Shown here one piece after another: positions 54,636 through 64,000 of a DNA stretch of 64,000 bases (within the stretch, counting starts at the first letter, position 1; each line of letters begins with the position of its first letter). The notes beneath the pieces were generated by a model. The model did not search any database. It saw nothing but the letters and a program-made list of their open reading frames with translations, and had not been told where the DNA came from. This DNA is from TPA_inf: Saccharomyces (Eukaryota), in NCBI GenBank assembly GCA_000146045.2, contig BK006947.3:256001-320000 (forward strand). Reading direction: 5' to 3'. Made by a program: the position numbers and the translations under genes.

Positions 54636-57600
54636 ATGACTTCTAAGCCGTCTACTAGAAATGATTATTTACCAAGGGAAACTCACAATGGCGAATATAC
54701 TGGTGATTCTCCCGAATGGCAGTTGCAGATTAATATCACAAACAAAATAGGTGGTATAAATGGAGATATTTGGTTGTCAAGGGACGGAAGGAGTGTTAAA
54801 TGGTGTATTGAAGACCAGTGCTTACGTCAGTTTACTTATAATCAAAAGATCATCAAAGCTGGGTACATTGATTTTGAAAAGACACCAGATTGTTTTGTGG
54901 TAGTTCTCTCTGATATTGCGCATGTATATATGTTGAAAAATGGGGGTTCTACGACTGTATGTTTCCCATTCCAGATAGGTAATGCATTCTGGTATGCAAA
55001 TGGAGTAATTTTAGAGAGAGAGACTTCAGCGTCCTTCATGGATGGTGGCTACGATTTAAAACCCATTGAGTTCGATTTAAAACATAAATACATCACTTTG
55101 ACGGATCCGATGGCGCCTTTCGGCTTGATTTCGATCACAAATACCTTTAAAGGCGGTATAAATAGCGCTTCAGGTAACAAAACGGATATCCTGCAAGACT
55201 TTCAGCTCGTGCTCTTCCCGAGTGACAAGGACAAGTGTATAGCTGTTTTTTTAGATCGAAATTCCAAAGTGTTGCGATTTTATTACAGTAGAATTCTATC
55301 ATCAGATCAGTCACGGAAGGGAGAGCTAACAATTTCCTCGACCAAAAAAACAGGTTTGGACGCAGCAGGCAATAGCCAAAAGAGTGGCGGGATTAGCAAA
55401 GATTTGCGTAAGTTTTCACATTTGACGCGCCGGTCGACGTCTATAAACTCTAACTCTCATGATTTCAATGCAGCCGAAAGAGTACTTAGTGGCAATGTTG
55501 GCAACGCTTCAGGCAGAACAGATATTTTCGCTTTACCTTCTTCTTGTTCAAGAAGGAGCTTATCTGCGACCCTAGATAGAATGGGGAACAATATTGCCCC
55601 GACCAATAGAGCTGCACCTTCTGGATTTTTTGACTCGTCATCAGCAAATACTGCTACTCACTCTAATATAACGCCTGTATCACAACCAATGCAACAGCAA
55701 CAGCAAGAATATTTGAACCAAACAGCGACCTCTTCTAAGGATATTGTTTTGACGGAAATATCGTCTTTGAAATTACCGGATGATATCATTTTTACTTCAC
55801 GACGCTTGAGCTCTATTTTAAGTAAATTAAAGTTCCTATCGTTGAGATTTGAACGTCGAGAAGGACTTTTAATATTTCATGAGCCCACACATTTCTGCAA
55901 AATCTGGTTGATTGATCTTTTACCCGATGTTCTGGATTCTATTCCATTCAAAATATACGGGAACTCTCCGCAAAACATGATCAGACTAGAGAACTTAAAG
56001 CTTAAGGAACCCTCAAGAATACAAGCTATGTATATTCATGAACTCCTTGAAAGTTGCCTGATTTTGGTGTCGGAGGGACAGAATAAGGAAGAATACAAAG
56101 CATGTCTATATGACCCCTTCGTTAAAATTACATCCCCTTCCAAAAATATCTCCGAAGAGCTCACTAAACAAAATTCTCTTCCTTCCTTACAGAAACTATT
56201 CCCTTATCCCGAGACTAGTTTCACCAAACTGTGCTTCGAAGCCGTCAAGTATATTACTTCTCCTGCATTCAATATTTCATTTATATTTCTATGGCAATCT
56301 GCATATTCGATACTTCTTTCAAGGGCTAACGACGACGTAGTTGGGGGTTTGAAAATGGAGCACGATGCTTTTTCACTGGTTCTTTCATTGCTGATTTTAC
56401 CGATACCTAGCTCCTCTGCTCAAGAATACCAGGAGTACAAAGAAATATATGAACGCGACCTGTTTCAGCATTTAAAGCAGGACTCAGAAATAACAAGCTC
56501 TGTGCTACCAAGAATTGTTATTGGATTGCATTTAATAAGGGAGGAATATTCCCTGAATGTATTGTGTCGAAATGAGCATGCGTTGTTAGGACAGTTTCTA
56601 AGATTCGCTACTGCCGCGATGGGCTGGCCTGATCTGTGGCAATCTTACTATGTACCGAAAATGGATTCAGAATCGAAAACTTTCCTACATCCAAGGGAAC
56701 AAAATTCCACTTTTTTTCATCCCTTAGATGAACCGCCATCGATTACCAAGTCGTTATACAGCATAACTGAAAACAGTTCAATACCATTATGTCCGTTCAT
56801 TAGTTTCTCGAGACTTGTTGCAACCGATACACAGGTCGAATTACGCATTACTCCAAGAAGTTTCAAAATCTTGGGCTTGTATGAACTCGTACACTCTCCA
56901 AATTTTTTACCGGATTATGTTTTAGGCATCCTTTCCAGCTTTAAAGTGGATAAAGACGAGTTACAAACATATCCCTTAGGCATTTTGGTGCCTTTACAAA
57001 ACATTTTAAAAATTCTGGAAGATAAGCTATCTGAAGTAAGAGACAACTTGGAGTTATTAGATAGGGCCGATTTACAAAGGTGTAGTGCCATTATCAATAG
57101 TATAAGAAGTGATTCTAAAGAAGTTCTCAAAAGAGGCCAAAGAGATAGTTATATGTTATGCAAAGTGCCACTCGCCAAGAACAGAAGCTCTTTGTCTAAG
57201 AAGCCCAGTGACATATATTCAATATTATCCGAGATTGTGAAAAGTGCAAGTCAAGTTCCACTGGATGGATCAGCTATGAGGATGTCGAATATTCAGGATG
57301 ATGAAGATATTGATGAAGGTCGATCTCTCAAATTAAATGCAGGACTGATTTTTTCAGAAGATAAAAGATTTACTCATGTTGTATCACTATTAGCTTATTA
57401 CAGGCCCACAAAAACTCAATTTTTTACCACCAAGACAGAATATGCCCAGATACTAGCTCAAAAGAAATATTTCGCTAAAATCATGGCTTTGAGGACATGT
57501 ACAAATGGTGTTGGCTGGGGTGCAGTGGCATATGCAACAGAAAAACCAATATCTACCCAAAAATGGGTCATTCAACCCCTCAACTTAATTTCCGTGTTTC

Positions 57601-59882
57601 CTGATGACACAAAGATAACTGTGAAAGCTCCAGAAGATATAGCACACGATATTGTGGAGTGGGGGCAATTTCATGCCGGTGTTAGCTCCGGCCTCCGTAT
57701 CTCAAAGAAGGCAACTGGAATTACAGGTAGTTGGATTGCATTTAATAAGCCAAAAGAACTAGATGCTTATCACGGTGGTTTCCTTCTCGGACTGGGACTT
57801 AATGGGCATTTGAAGAATTTAGAGGAATGGCATATATACAATTATCTAAGCCCCAGAAATACTCACATAAGTATTGGGTTACTTTTGGGAATGAGTTCAA
57901 GTATGAAAGGTAGTATGGACTCTAAACTAATCAAAGTTATTAGTGTACACCTAGTGGCCTTTCTTCCAAGCGGATCTAGCGATTTGAATATAGATCTAAA
58001 ACTACAAACTGCTGGTATTATAGGGATGGGTATGTTATATTTAAACTCAAGGCATAAACGAATGAGCGATTCAATTTTTGCCCAGCTGGTGTCACTGCTC
58101 AATGTAAATGATGAAATGGTTGCTGACGAAGAATATCGATTAGCAGCGGGTATATCGCTGGGCCTCATAAACCTAGGGGCTGGTCAGACGAAACTGAGAA
58201 AGTGGGATTCATCATTGTTGGGCTTGGGGGACGATCTTCCGGAAGATGTTTATGACTCTAGTGATGTTGAACAAAATGTAATGTATGAAGACCTGACTAC
58301 GAAGTTATTAGAGATCGTCACAAGCACATATGATGTAGAAAACGATTGGATACCAGAGAATTCGCAAATTGGCGCAGTAATTGCAATCATGTTTTTATTT
58401 TTGAAGTCAAACAATTTTGGAATTTCCAACATGCTTAAAGTTGACTTAAAGGAAATATTAAAAGCAAATATTAACACCCGCCCTGAATTATTAATGTACC
58501 GAGAATGGGCATCCAATATGATTTTATGGGAATTTATAGGCGACGACCTATCGTTCATCATGAAAGATGTTGATATTGGAGTAAAATTTAGTGAACTTAA
58601 TACCGATTTGCTTCCTATATATTACACTATGGCGGGTAGGATCTTAGCCATGGGTATTAGATTTGCCTCTACTGGAAATTTGAAAATTCGGAATATACTG
58701 CTTTCTCTCGTTGATAAGTTTCTGCCTCTTTATCAGTACCCAGGAAAGCAGAATCTAGACTTTAGGTTGACAATTTCTGTTATTAACGTTTTAACTAATG
58801 TCATCGTTGTTTCTTTGAGCATGGTTATGTGTGCCAGTGGCGATTTAGAAGTTTTGAGGAGGGTCAAATATCTTCATGAAGTTGCATCTGGTCCATATTC
58901 AGACTTATTTCAAGAAATTCCTAGTTCTAAAAGTGATGTTTCAGGTGTAACACAGGTGACTTCAAACACTAACACGCCTGGAAATAGTGATCGTGAAAGG
59001 GTTGATGAGACCGCTGCTTCTCTCGATGACGAAAGGTCCTCAAATGGCAGTGATATTAGTGATCCAACAGCATATCTAGAAGACAAAAAGGATATAGATG
59101 ACCATTACGGTAAGTTTATTTCGACAAATCTTGCACTGGGTTTTCTTTTCCTTGGGTCTGGACAATACGCTCTCAATACTTCTACTTTAGAATCTATCGC
59201 TTTCTTAAGCATGTCCGTTTTACCCACATATACAACTCCACATCCCTTACAAGAATTGAAGCATTTCTGGAGCATGGCTGTAGAGCCTCGTTGCCTTGTT
59301 ATAAAGGACATTTCCACTGGTGACGCAGTAAACAACGTTCCTATTGAATTGGTGGTCGAGGAAGACGTCGAAAAAGAAGAAGTAATAAGAGAGATATCAA
59401 CACCTTGCCTGCTTCCTGATTTCTCCAAAATTAAATCTATTAGGGTAAAAATGCATGGTTACTTTCCACTGGAAGTAAATTTCACTAAGGACTACTCAGC
59501 TTCTGATTTTTTTAGTGGCGGTACAATTATTTATATACAAAGAAAATCCGAAAGTGTTTTCGAGAACAAAGCCTCTTTTAGGAACGTAGAAGATATTCAT
59601 GTGGCACTCAAAAGAAAGGCAGCAGAATCTAAAAATTATTCAAGATTAAACCTAAAAAATGAACAAGGAAATACCACCTCTTCGCAACTGGTTGAAAGTT
59701 TGGGTATTCAAGATTTGACAATGGTGGAACTCGATACTCTTTTGAGTGCAGGAAATAATACAGCATTAACGGATTCAGAATCTTATAATTTAGGTTTGCT
59801 GTGTTCAGATAAAAACAGTGGAGATATTTTGGATTGCCAACTCGAATTGTGGTACAAAAGCTTTGGACCACATGATGAATAA
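54636..59882 (+). CDS. APC1: Apc1, largest subunit of the anaphase-promoting complex/cyclosome (YNL172W), 1748 aa
   Basis: ATG at 54636 and exactly 1748 aa. A single uninterrupted ORF of this size at this position matches APC1, and PC-repeat-like LGLGL...G segments are present. Confidence 0.9.
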   Translation: MTSKPSTRNDYLPRETHNGEYTGDSPEWQLQINITNKIGGINGDIWLSRDGRSVKWCIEDQCLRQFTYNQKIIKAGYIDFEKTPDCFVVVLSDIAHVYMLKNGGSTTVCFPFQIGNAFWYANGVILERETSASFMDGGYDLKPIEFDLKHKYITLTDPMAPFGLISITNTFKGGINSASGNKTDILQDFQLVLFPSDKDKCIAVFLDRNSKVLRFYYSRILSSDQSRKGELTISSTKKTGLDAAGNSQKSGGISKDLRKFSHLTRRSTSINSNSHDFNAAERVLSGNVGNASGRTDIFALPSSCSRRSLSATLDRMGNNIAPTNRAAPSGFFDSSSANTATHSNITPVSQPMQQQQQEYLNQTATSSKDIVLTEISSLKLPDDIIFTSRRLSSILSKLKFLSLRFERREGLLIFHEPTHFCKIWLIDLLPDVLDSIPFKIYGNSPQNMIRLENLKLKEPSRIQAMYIHELLESCLILVSEGQNKEEYKACLYDPFVKITSPSKNISEELTKQNSLPSLQKLFPYPETSFTKLCFEAVKYITSPAFNISFIFLWQSAYSILLSRANDDVVGGLKMEHDAFSLVLSLLILPIPSSSAQEYQEYKEIYERDLFQHLKQDSEITSSVLPRIVIGLHLIREEYSLNVLCRNEHALLGQFLRFATAAMGWPDLWQSYYVPKMDSESKTFLHPREQNSTFFHPLDEPPSITKSLYSITENSSIPLCPFISFSRLVATDTQVELRITPRSFKILGLYELVHSPNFLPDYVLGILSSFKVDKDELQTYPLGILVPLQNILKILEDKLSEVRDNLELLDRADLQRCSAIINSIRSDSKEVLKRGQRDSYMLCKVPLAKNRSSLSKKPSDIYSILSEIVKSASQVPLDGSAMRMSNIQDDEDIDEGRSLKLNAGLIFSEDKRFTHVVSLLAYYRPTKTQFFTTKTEYAQILAQKKYFAKIMALRTCTNGVGWGAVAYATEKPISTQKWVIQPLNLISVFPDDTKITVKAPEDIAHDIVEWGQFHAGVSSGLRISKKATGITGSWIAFNKPKELDAYHGGFLLGLGLNGHLKNLEEWHIYNYLSPRNTHISIGLLLGMSSSMKGSMDSKLIKVISVHLVAFLPSGSSDLNIDLKLQTAGIIGMGMLYLNSRHKRMSDSIFAQLVSLLNVNDEMVADEEYRLAAGISLGLINLGAGQTKLRKWDSSLLGLGDDLPEDVYDSSDVEQNVMYEDLTTKLLEIVTSTYDVENDWIPENSQIGAVIAIMFLFLKSNNFGISNMLKVDLKEILKANINTRPELLMYREWASNMILWEFIGDDLSFIMKDVDIGVKFSELNTDLLPIYYTMAGRILAMGIRFASTGNLKIRNILLSLVDKFLPLYQYPGKQNLDFRLTISVINVLTNVIVVSLSMVMCASGDLEVLRRVKYLHEVASGPYSDLFQEIPSSKSDVSGVTQVTSNTNTPGNSDRERVDETAASLDDERSSNGSDISDPTAYLEDKKDIDDHYGKFISTNLALGFLFLGSGQYALNTSTLESIAFLSMSVLPTYTTPHPLQELKHFWSMAVEPRCLVIKDISTGDAVNNVPIELVVEEDVEKEEVIREISTPCLLPDFSKIKSIRVKMHGYFPLEVNFTKDYSASDFFSGGTIIYIQRKSESVFENKASFRNVEDIHVALKRKAAESKNYSRLNLKNEQGNTTSSQLVESLGIQDLTMVELDTLLSAGNNTALTDSESYNLGLLCSDKNSGDILDCQLELWYKSFGPHDE

Positions 59883-59997
59883 TGCAAAACTCAAGAATAT
59901 TTATTTGGGTATCTAAGACTAGCTTTAAAAGGTTCCAAAACTGGGGTAAGGTGTAATCTTTGTGTATAACTTGGTTTATGAAAGGGGTACATGACAT
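59629..59997 (-). CDS. Short ORF (122 aa) overlapping the APC1 3' end; corresponds to dubious YNL171C and is probably non-coding
   Basis: Open frame only. Confidence 0.1.
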   Translation of the reverse strand: MSCTPFINQVIHKDYTLPQFWNLLKLVLDTQINILEFCIIHHVVQSFCTTIRVGNPKYLHCFYLNTANLNYKILNPLMLYYFLHSKEYRVPPLSNLEYPNFQPVAKRWYFLVHFLGLILNNF

Positions 59998-60373
59998 GGC
60001 TAAAATTCTTCAGACGAACATCTTTAATCTAAAGTTTACATCTAACAAGTCCAATCTGAAAAATGTACAGCGTATAATTTTACATACCTCCAAAAGAAGA
60101 ATTAAATCAAAGTGTGCAGATAATACTATATACAGCAAAATAAATGCTAACTTTACATATGATTGCTTTCATTTTAAATCATTCTTTCCAATTATGCCTA
60201 ATTTCTGTCCCATCTTAACCTTATCACCAACCCTAACATCGAACTTAAATTCAGTGGGAGCTTCAAAACAAAGTACAACAGTGCTACCCAATTCAAAGCC
60301 ACCCATTTCTTCACCCTTAACCAAAGGCATCCCTCCCAATATTTTACTTGCATTCTCATATACTGCCTGGTAG
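59960..60373 (+). CDS. Short ORF overlapping the PSD1 3' end; corresponds to dubious YNL170W and is probably non-coding
   Basis: Open frame opposite the conserved PSD1 C-terminus. Confidence 0.1.
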   Translation: MCITWFMKGVHDMAKILQTNIFNLKFTSNKSNLKNVQRIILHTSKRRIKSKCADNTIYSKINANFTYDCFHFKSFFPIMPNFCPILTLSPTLTSNLNSVGASKQSTTVLPNSKPPISSPLTKGIPPNILLAFSYTAW

Positions 60374-61671
60374 CAGGTATGTGGTTCCAAGTGTTTGTCG
60401 CTCTTTGAATTTGTCACAAATTCTTGATCAAAATTCAACTTGATTGAACCAACATTTGTTGCACCAACAGGAGTCATGCTAAAAAATCCGTACTTCCAAC
60501 TACCCAACAAAGCAACTCTTTCATTTAGAACGAAAAGATTAGGGAAGTTACGCTGGAAATAAGGTGCCACGGAGAATAAATCACCTGGGAAATGGCGGCG
60601 AACCTTACAAACCCAGTCAACTGGAGAGTGGAAATGATGGTAATCACCGGGAGCCAAATAAATGACGGCAAAGAAAAGTTCCGTATCATGAGGCTCAGAG
60701 CACGAAAACCCATTAGAGAAGTAGTTTAAAGAAAGTTGACTTAAAAGATGTATATTTTTGGACACACTTGGTTTGAACTCTCGAACAGATTGATCGCCCT
60801 CGTTTTTAAAGTTAAGAAGAGGCTGTTCAGTGTCTTCGGAACCCGCTAATTGTATTCTATTTACCCTGGCGAATTCTCTATGCTTTTCCTCATCAGAAGT
60901 CAAATCTAGACTAGATGCACTCTTAGACATCAAGGGGTGGGAGTGAGTGCCAAGGAATTCTTTGATGGAATATGTCATTCCCTTGACTTGTTCGATTTCG
61001 CCAGTTTCAGAGTTGATTATACCAACTTGTAAAATCTTTCCATCACTTGGAGAAGCTATAACGTCTTCGCCTTGTGCTACTGGACGTGTGCCTGGTTTTA
61101 TGTTACGATAGAAAAATTCGGATAAATTTGCATAATGTGTCAAATCAGGATCTTCCATCTCGTCCAAGTTAACTCCAAAAAGGAAAGAATATAACCTGTA
61201 ACCCCATGGTCTAACCCAAATGGGTAACGTAAGAGAATTTACTTGGCCCCATAATCGAGACATCGCATTCAGCGGTAAAGTAGAATAGCAGAAAAAGAGC
61301 CAATTATTGTTAAATATTTTGATTTTTCTTGTCCTTCTCCCTTTTTTGCCCTCTGTAGCATCCTCCTCTGTACTATCATTCCTTGACACTAGTAAAATGG
61401 TTCCTAGAACAATGGTGAAACTAGTTAAAACAACCCATTTCATGGAGACCTGTTTTCTTCCGCTATTTGCGGCAGCAGCTTTGGCACGATCCACAATCTC
61501 TCCAGAACTGCGTCGTTGCTGAACGAAAAGACGCGTGGAAAACTTTCTATTCCATAGCACCGCAGTTCTATTTCTTAATTGCATTCTTGTAGAAAACTTT
61601 ACAGCAGGCATCCTCCCCATGAGGAGCGTCCTCCCTTGCGCCAAGGCGTTCTTAACTGGCATAATTGACAT
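60169..61671 (-). CDS. PSD1: Psd1, mitochondrial phosphatidylserine decarboxylase proenzyme (YNL169C), 500 aa
   Basis: ATG at 61669-61671 and exactly 500 aa. It has an N-terminal mitochondrial presequence, a TM segment, and the LGST autocatalytic cleavage motif near the C-terminus (GFELGSTVVL). Confidence 0.9.
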   Translation of the reverse strand: MSIMPVKNALAQGRTLLMGRMPAVKFSTRMQLRNRTAVLWNRKFSTRLFVQQRRSSGEIVDRAKAAAANSGRKQVSMKWVVLTSFTIVLGTILLVSRNDSTEEDATEGKKGRRTRKIKIFNNNWLFFCYSTLPLNAMSRLWGQVNSLTLPIWVRPWGYRLYSFLFGVNLDEMEDPDLTHYANLSEFFYRNIKPGTRPVAQGEDVIASPSDGKILQVGIINSETGEIEQVKGMTYSIKEFLGTHSHPLMSKSASSLDLTSDEEKHREFARVNRIQLAGSEDTEQPLLNFKNEGDQSVREFKPSVSKNIHLLSQLSLNYFSNGFSCSEPHDTELFFAVIYLAPGDYHHFHSPVDWVCKVRRHFPGDLFSVAPYFQRNFPNLFVLNERVALLGSWKYGFFSMTPVGATNVGSIKLNFDQEFVTNSKSDKHLEPHTCYQAVYENASKILGGMPLVKGEEMGGFELGSTVVLCFEAPTEFKFDVRVGDKVKMGQKLGIIGKNDLK

Positions 61672-61836
61672 GCTGGCTTTGCTTTTCCTTCTTCTTCAAA
61701 AAATAACGACCAAGAAGGATTTGAGCGATCTGCTAACAACTGGCTGAAGAGTCCTTAAAGCGCTACGTACCTCTAGGCGTCTCTTTTGTGAGTAAGCTGT
61801 TTTATATTATAGGTGAAGAACAAATTTTCCACATGC

Positions 61837-61915
61837 TTGTGCCTGCTTTAGATGTCCCTTGACCTCGAGATTTGAAAAAACACCAAAAAGGTGCTGGTTA
61901 CCCTGCATGTGATAT
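61837..61915. promoter_or_regulatory. Two UASINO/ICRE-like elements (Ino2-Ino4 sites) in the PSD1 promoter: CATGTGATAT at 61906-61915 and GCATGTGGAA (rc) at 61837-61846
   Basis: They match the consensus CATGTGAAAT at 9/10 and 8/10, with a CATGTG E-box core. They lie 165-245 bp upstream of the PSD1 ATG, and PSD1 is a phospholipid-biosynthesis gene. Confidence 0.5.
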
Positions 61916-62029
61916 GTGATTACATAGCGTAGCGTATACAGAAGCACAATTGGTCGTATATGTGCCAAGCTTGTAGGAAATTAGTAACGCATAACGTGTT
62001 ATCTGCGACAAGCGTGAATGCGACAGACA

Positions 62030-62809
62030 TTATGTTTCTCTAAATTCATATGGTCCCGGCCGATTTTCACATTCGAAGTTCATGTCGACAATATTGTCAT
62101 TATTCTGCAATAGCTCACAGTGAACACGGTCACCAGGCTTTAACTCGCCTACACCTGCAGGTGTACCAGTCAAAATGATATCACCCGGTTCCAGAGATAT
62201 CATGGTAGATATGTGTTGCAGTATTTTATGGAGTGGGTGCAACATGAGGTTAGTACCACCATCTTGTCTCAACTGTCCGTTAACAGAGCACTTGACTCTG
62301 AAAATATCCTGTAAGTTTGATTTGTAGGATGAGAACTTCTCGCGGGAGACTATAGCAGAGATTGGCATGAAGGTGTCAAAACCCTTGCTTATAGTCCAAG
62401 GTAGCCCCTTCTTTTTGGCTTCATCTTGGACATTTCTTGCTGTAAGATCCAATGCTAGAGCTACACCACTAATAGAGTCATAGACTTCTTCGGGTTTCAT
62501 CTTAGTGACATTGGACAAATGTTTGCTCACAATCAATGCCAACTCAATTTCGTGATGAACCTTCACACCGCGTGGGATAAAAATGGGCCCGGGGTTAGTT
62601 CCGTCTTCATTTAAACCATTGAAAGTCGAGTTTGCAGGTCTAGTGGTCTTGACCAATGATGAAGACAATGGTGTCACAATACTCGAGGTTGGTTTTAGGA
62701 AAAAAAACGGTTGTTTTGGAGTTGAATTGTTCAGCTCTTTGATATGCGCTGCGTAATTACGCCCAATGCATATAATTTTTCTAGCTGCCTTCAAATAATT
62801 GTAGCTCAT
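62030..62809 (-). CDS. FMP41: Fmp41, mitochondrial fumarylacetoacetate-hydrolase (FAH)-family protein (YNL168C), 259 aa
   Basis: ATG at 62807-62809 and exactly 259 aa. FAH-fold motifs are present (HHEIELALIV..., GDIILTGTPAGVG). Confidence 0.82.
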   Translation of the reverse strand: MSYNYLKAARKIICIGRNYAAHIKELNNSTPKQPFFFLKPTSSIVTPLSSSLVKTTRPANSTFNGLNEDGTNPGPIFIPRGVKVHHEIELALIVSKHLSNVTKMKPEEVYDSISGVALALDLTARNVQDEAKKKGLPWTISKGFDTFMPISAIVSREKFSSYKSNLQDIFRVKCSVNGQLRQDGGTNLMLHPLHKILQHISTMISLEPGDIILTGTPAGVGELKPGDRVHCELLQNNDNIVDMNFECENRPGPYEFRET

Positions 62810-63415
62810 AACGTTTTGGCAATTTCCTGAGTCTTTACTCGATAGCTTTCAGAATATTTCTATATAGGAAGTTCTGGCTGAAACGTTTTTCCTTATCAGT
62901 TAGAGAACGGTGACCATCTCTTGAAAGCGAACAAAAAAACGTGAGGCTAAGGAAGCTATTTAGGAAAATAGACGAAAAAGGAATGGCAAAAGAAGGAATG
63001 GCCCTTTCAAAATAGGTATAAGCAGCACAGCTTGATACATGCTAGGGTTGCAGCAGTATAACTGTACTCTCTTTATGAGCGTAGTGAAAAGACGGTGAAA
63101 TTATAACGGTATGCTCTATGAAGAATAAATGCTGTAGGAAAATTTACGATAATAAAGCCTTTATTGTTGTTGATCAACAAAAGGAGGCTTAAGCAATTGA
63201 TAAACTTCTGAAAAGAAGAACCCTATTAAAGTTTATATCAAATATAGAAAAAAAAATCTTGAAGTTACATAAATACAGAAAAAAGCGGGAGAATAAAAGG
63301 GATTTCCTCTTAAAAGGAACTTTATAGTGGAATATTTGCAATGAGAAAAGCGGACAGGTTGAAGAGTACGAAAGCATCAGATAGAAGACTATTTAAGAAC
63401 CCCGTCGCTATCTCG

Positions 63416-64000
63416 TCAATTATTGTGAGGTAGAGTGGATAGTACATCATGCTTATTAGTATCATGGGTATCGGAATTTGCATTTATTACCAATGGATTA
63501 GTAACAGAGTAGCATGAATTGATTATATTCTGTGCACTATTTCCCACATTATTAGTAGTTGTGTTACTTTTGCTGATATTTGCTCCAGAGTTCAGTGAGT
63601 ATTTTTTATCTAGAATTATTGGTCTTGAATTAACGGAAGGATAGCCCGCATTTTCGCTTTTGACAACGTTAGTGTCCTTATTGAAGCTGTCTTCTTGGCC
63701 ATCCATGTCGTCCCTTGGGTTTTTGCCTCCCCTTCGGTAAAAATTCGTTTCACATATCAATTGCTTCATGTTTGATAATACTGACATTGCACTTGAATAA
63801 TCACTCCTTGAAATGCTACTCTCTAACAATGCTATTAAAGATGTAGATGGTGGTGATGATGATGACGGAGTTGAAACATTCACATTGAATTGGGAATTCG
63901 AGGAGCTTGAGGGTATTATGCCGCATAGCTTCCCAATGACCTGAGTTAGATCGTCATATTCAGATTCATAGAATTGTAGATCATTTTCAATTTTCTTGAT
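63416..64000 (-). CDS. SKO1: SKO1 (YNL167C) C-terminal portion, bZIP (ATF/CREB-type) transcription factor; partial, 5' part lies right of the window
   Basis: The minus-strand frame stays open to the window edge; the track M at 63883 is actually an in-frame GTG. The product is Ser/Asn-rich and its position after FMP41 matches SKO1. The bZIP domain itself would lie beyond the window, so this call rests mainly on synteny. Confidence 0.6.
   Translation of the reverse strand: MKKIENDLQFYESEYDDLTQVIGKLCGIIPSSSSNSQFNVNVSTPSSSSPPSTSLIALLESSISRSDYSSAMSVLSNMKQLICETNFYRRGGKNPRDDMDGQEDSFNKDTNVVKSENAGYPSVNSRPIILDKKYSLNSGANISKSNTTTNNVGNSAQNIINSCYSVTNPLVINANSDTHDTNKHDVLSTLPHNN

Overview
This window is nuclear DNA of Saccharomyces cerevisiae: about 33 compact, intron-free protein-coding genes on both strands, separated by short AT-rich spacers of about 0.3-0.7 kb. 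Gene order and exact ORF lengths match, from memory, the left arm of chromosome XIV from the 3' end of RIO2 (YNL207W) to the 3' end of SKO1 (YNL167C). The genes in order are RIO2', RTT106, SPS18, SPS19, PSY2, YNL200C, GCR2, WHI3, SLZ1, YNL195C, YNL194C, YNL193W, CHS1, DUG3, YNL190W, SRP1, KAR1, SWT21, UBP10, MRPL19, NPR1, IPI3, YNL181W, RHO5, RPS3, MRPL22, TDA7, NOP13, MDG1, APC1, PSD1, FMP41 and SKO1'. There are also about eight short ORFs that overlap verified genes on the opposite strand and are most likely non-coding. I found no tRNA, rRNA, Ty/LTR, CRISPR array (not expected in a eukaryote) or spliceosomal intron. The supplied ORF track reports TTG/GTG/CTG starts as M, so several true ATG starts lie a few codons inside the listed ORF; I corrected these where I could. 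I do not see a novel biological system; this is an ordinary, well-studied chromosome-arm region. The observations below are promoter motifs, intragenic tandem repeats and annotation details. The promoter motifs are an MSE+ORE pair at SPS18/SPS19, URS1 at SLZ1, an STRE cluster at YNL194C, PAC+RRPE at NOP13, UASINO-like sites at PSD1 and a Rap1/HOMOL1-like site at RPS3. The tandem repeats are in YNL190W, UBP10 and WHI3. All gene names are recalled from memory and matched on length and motifs, not on a database search.
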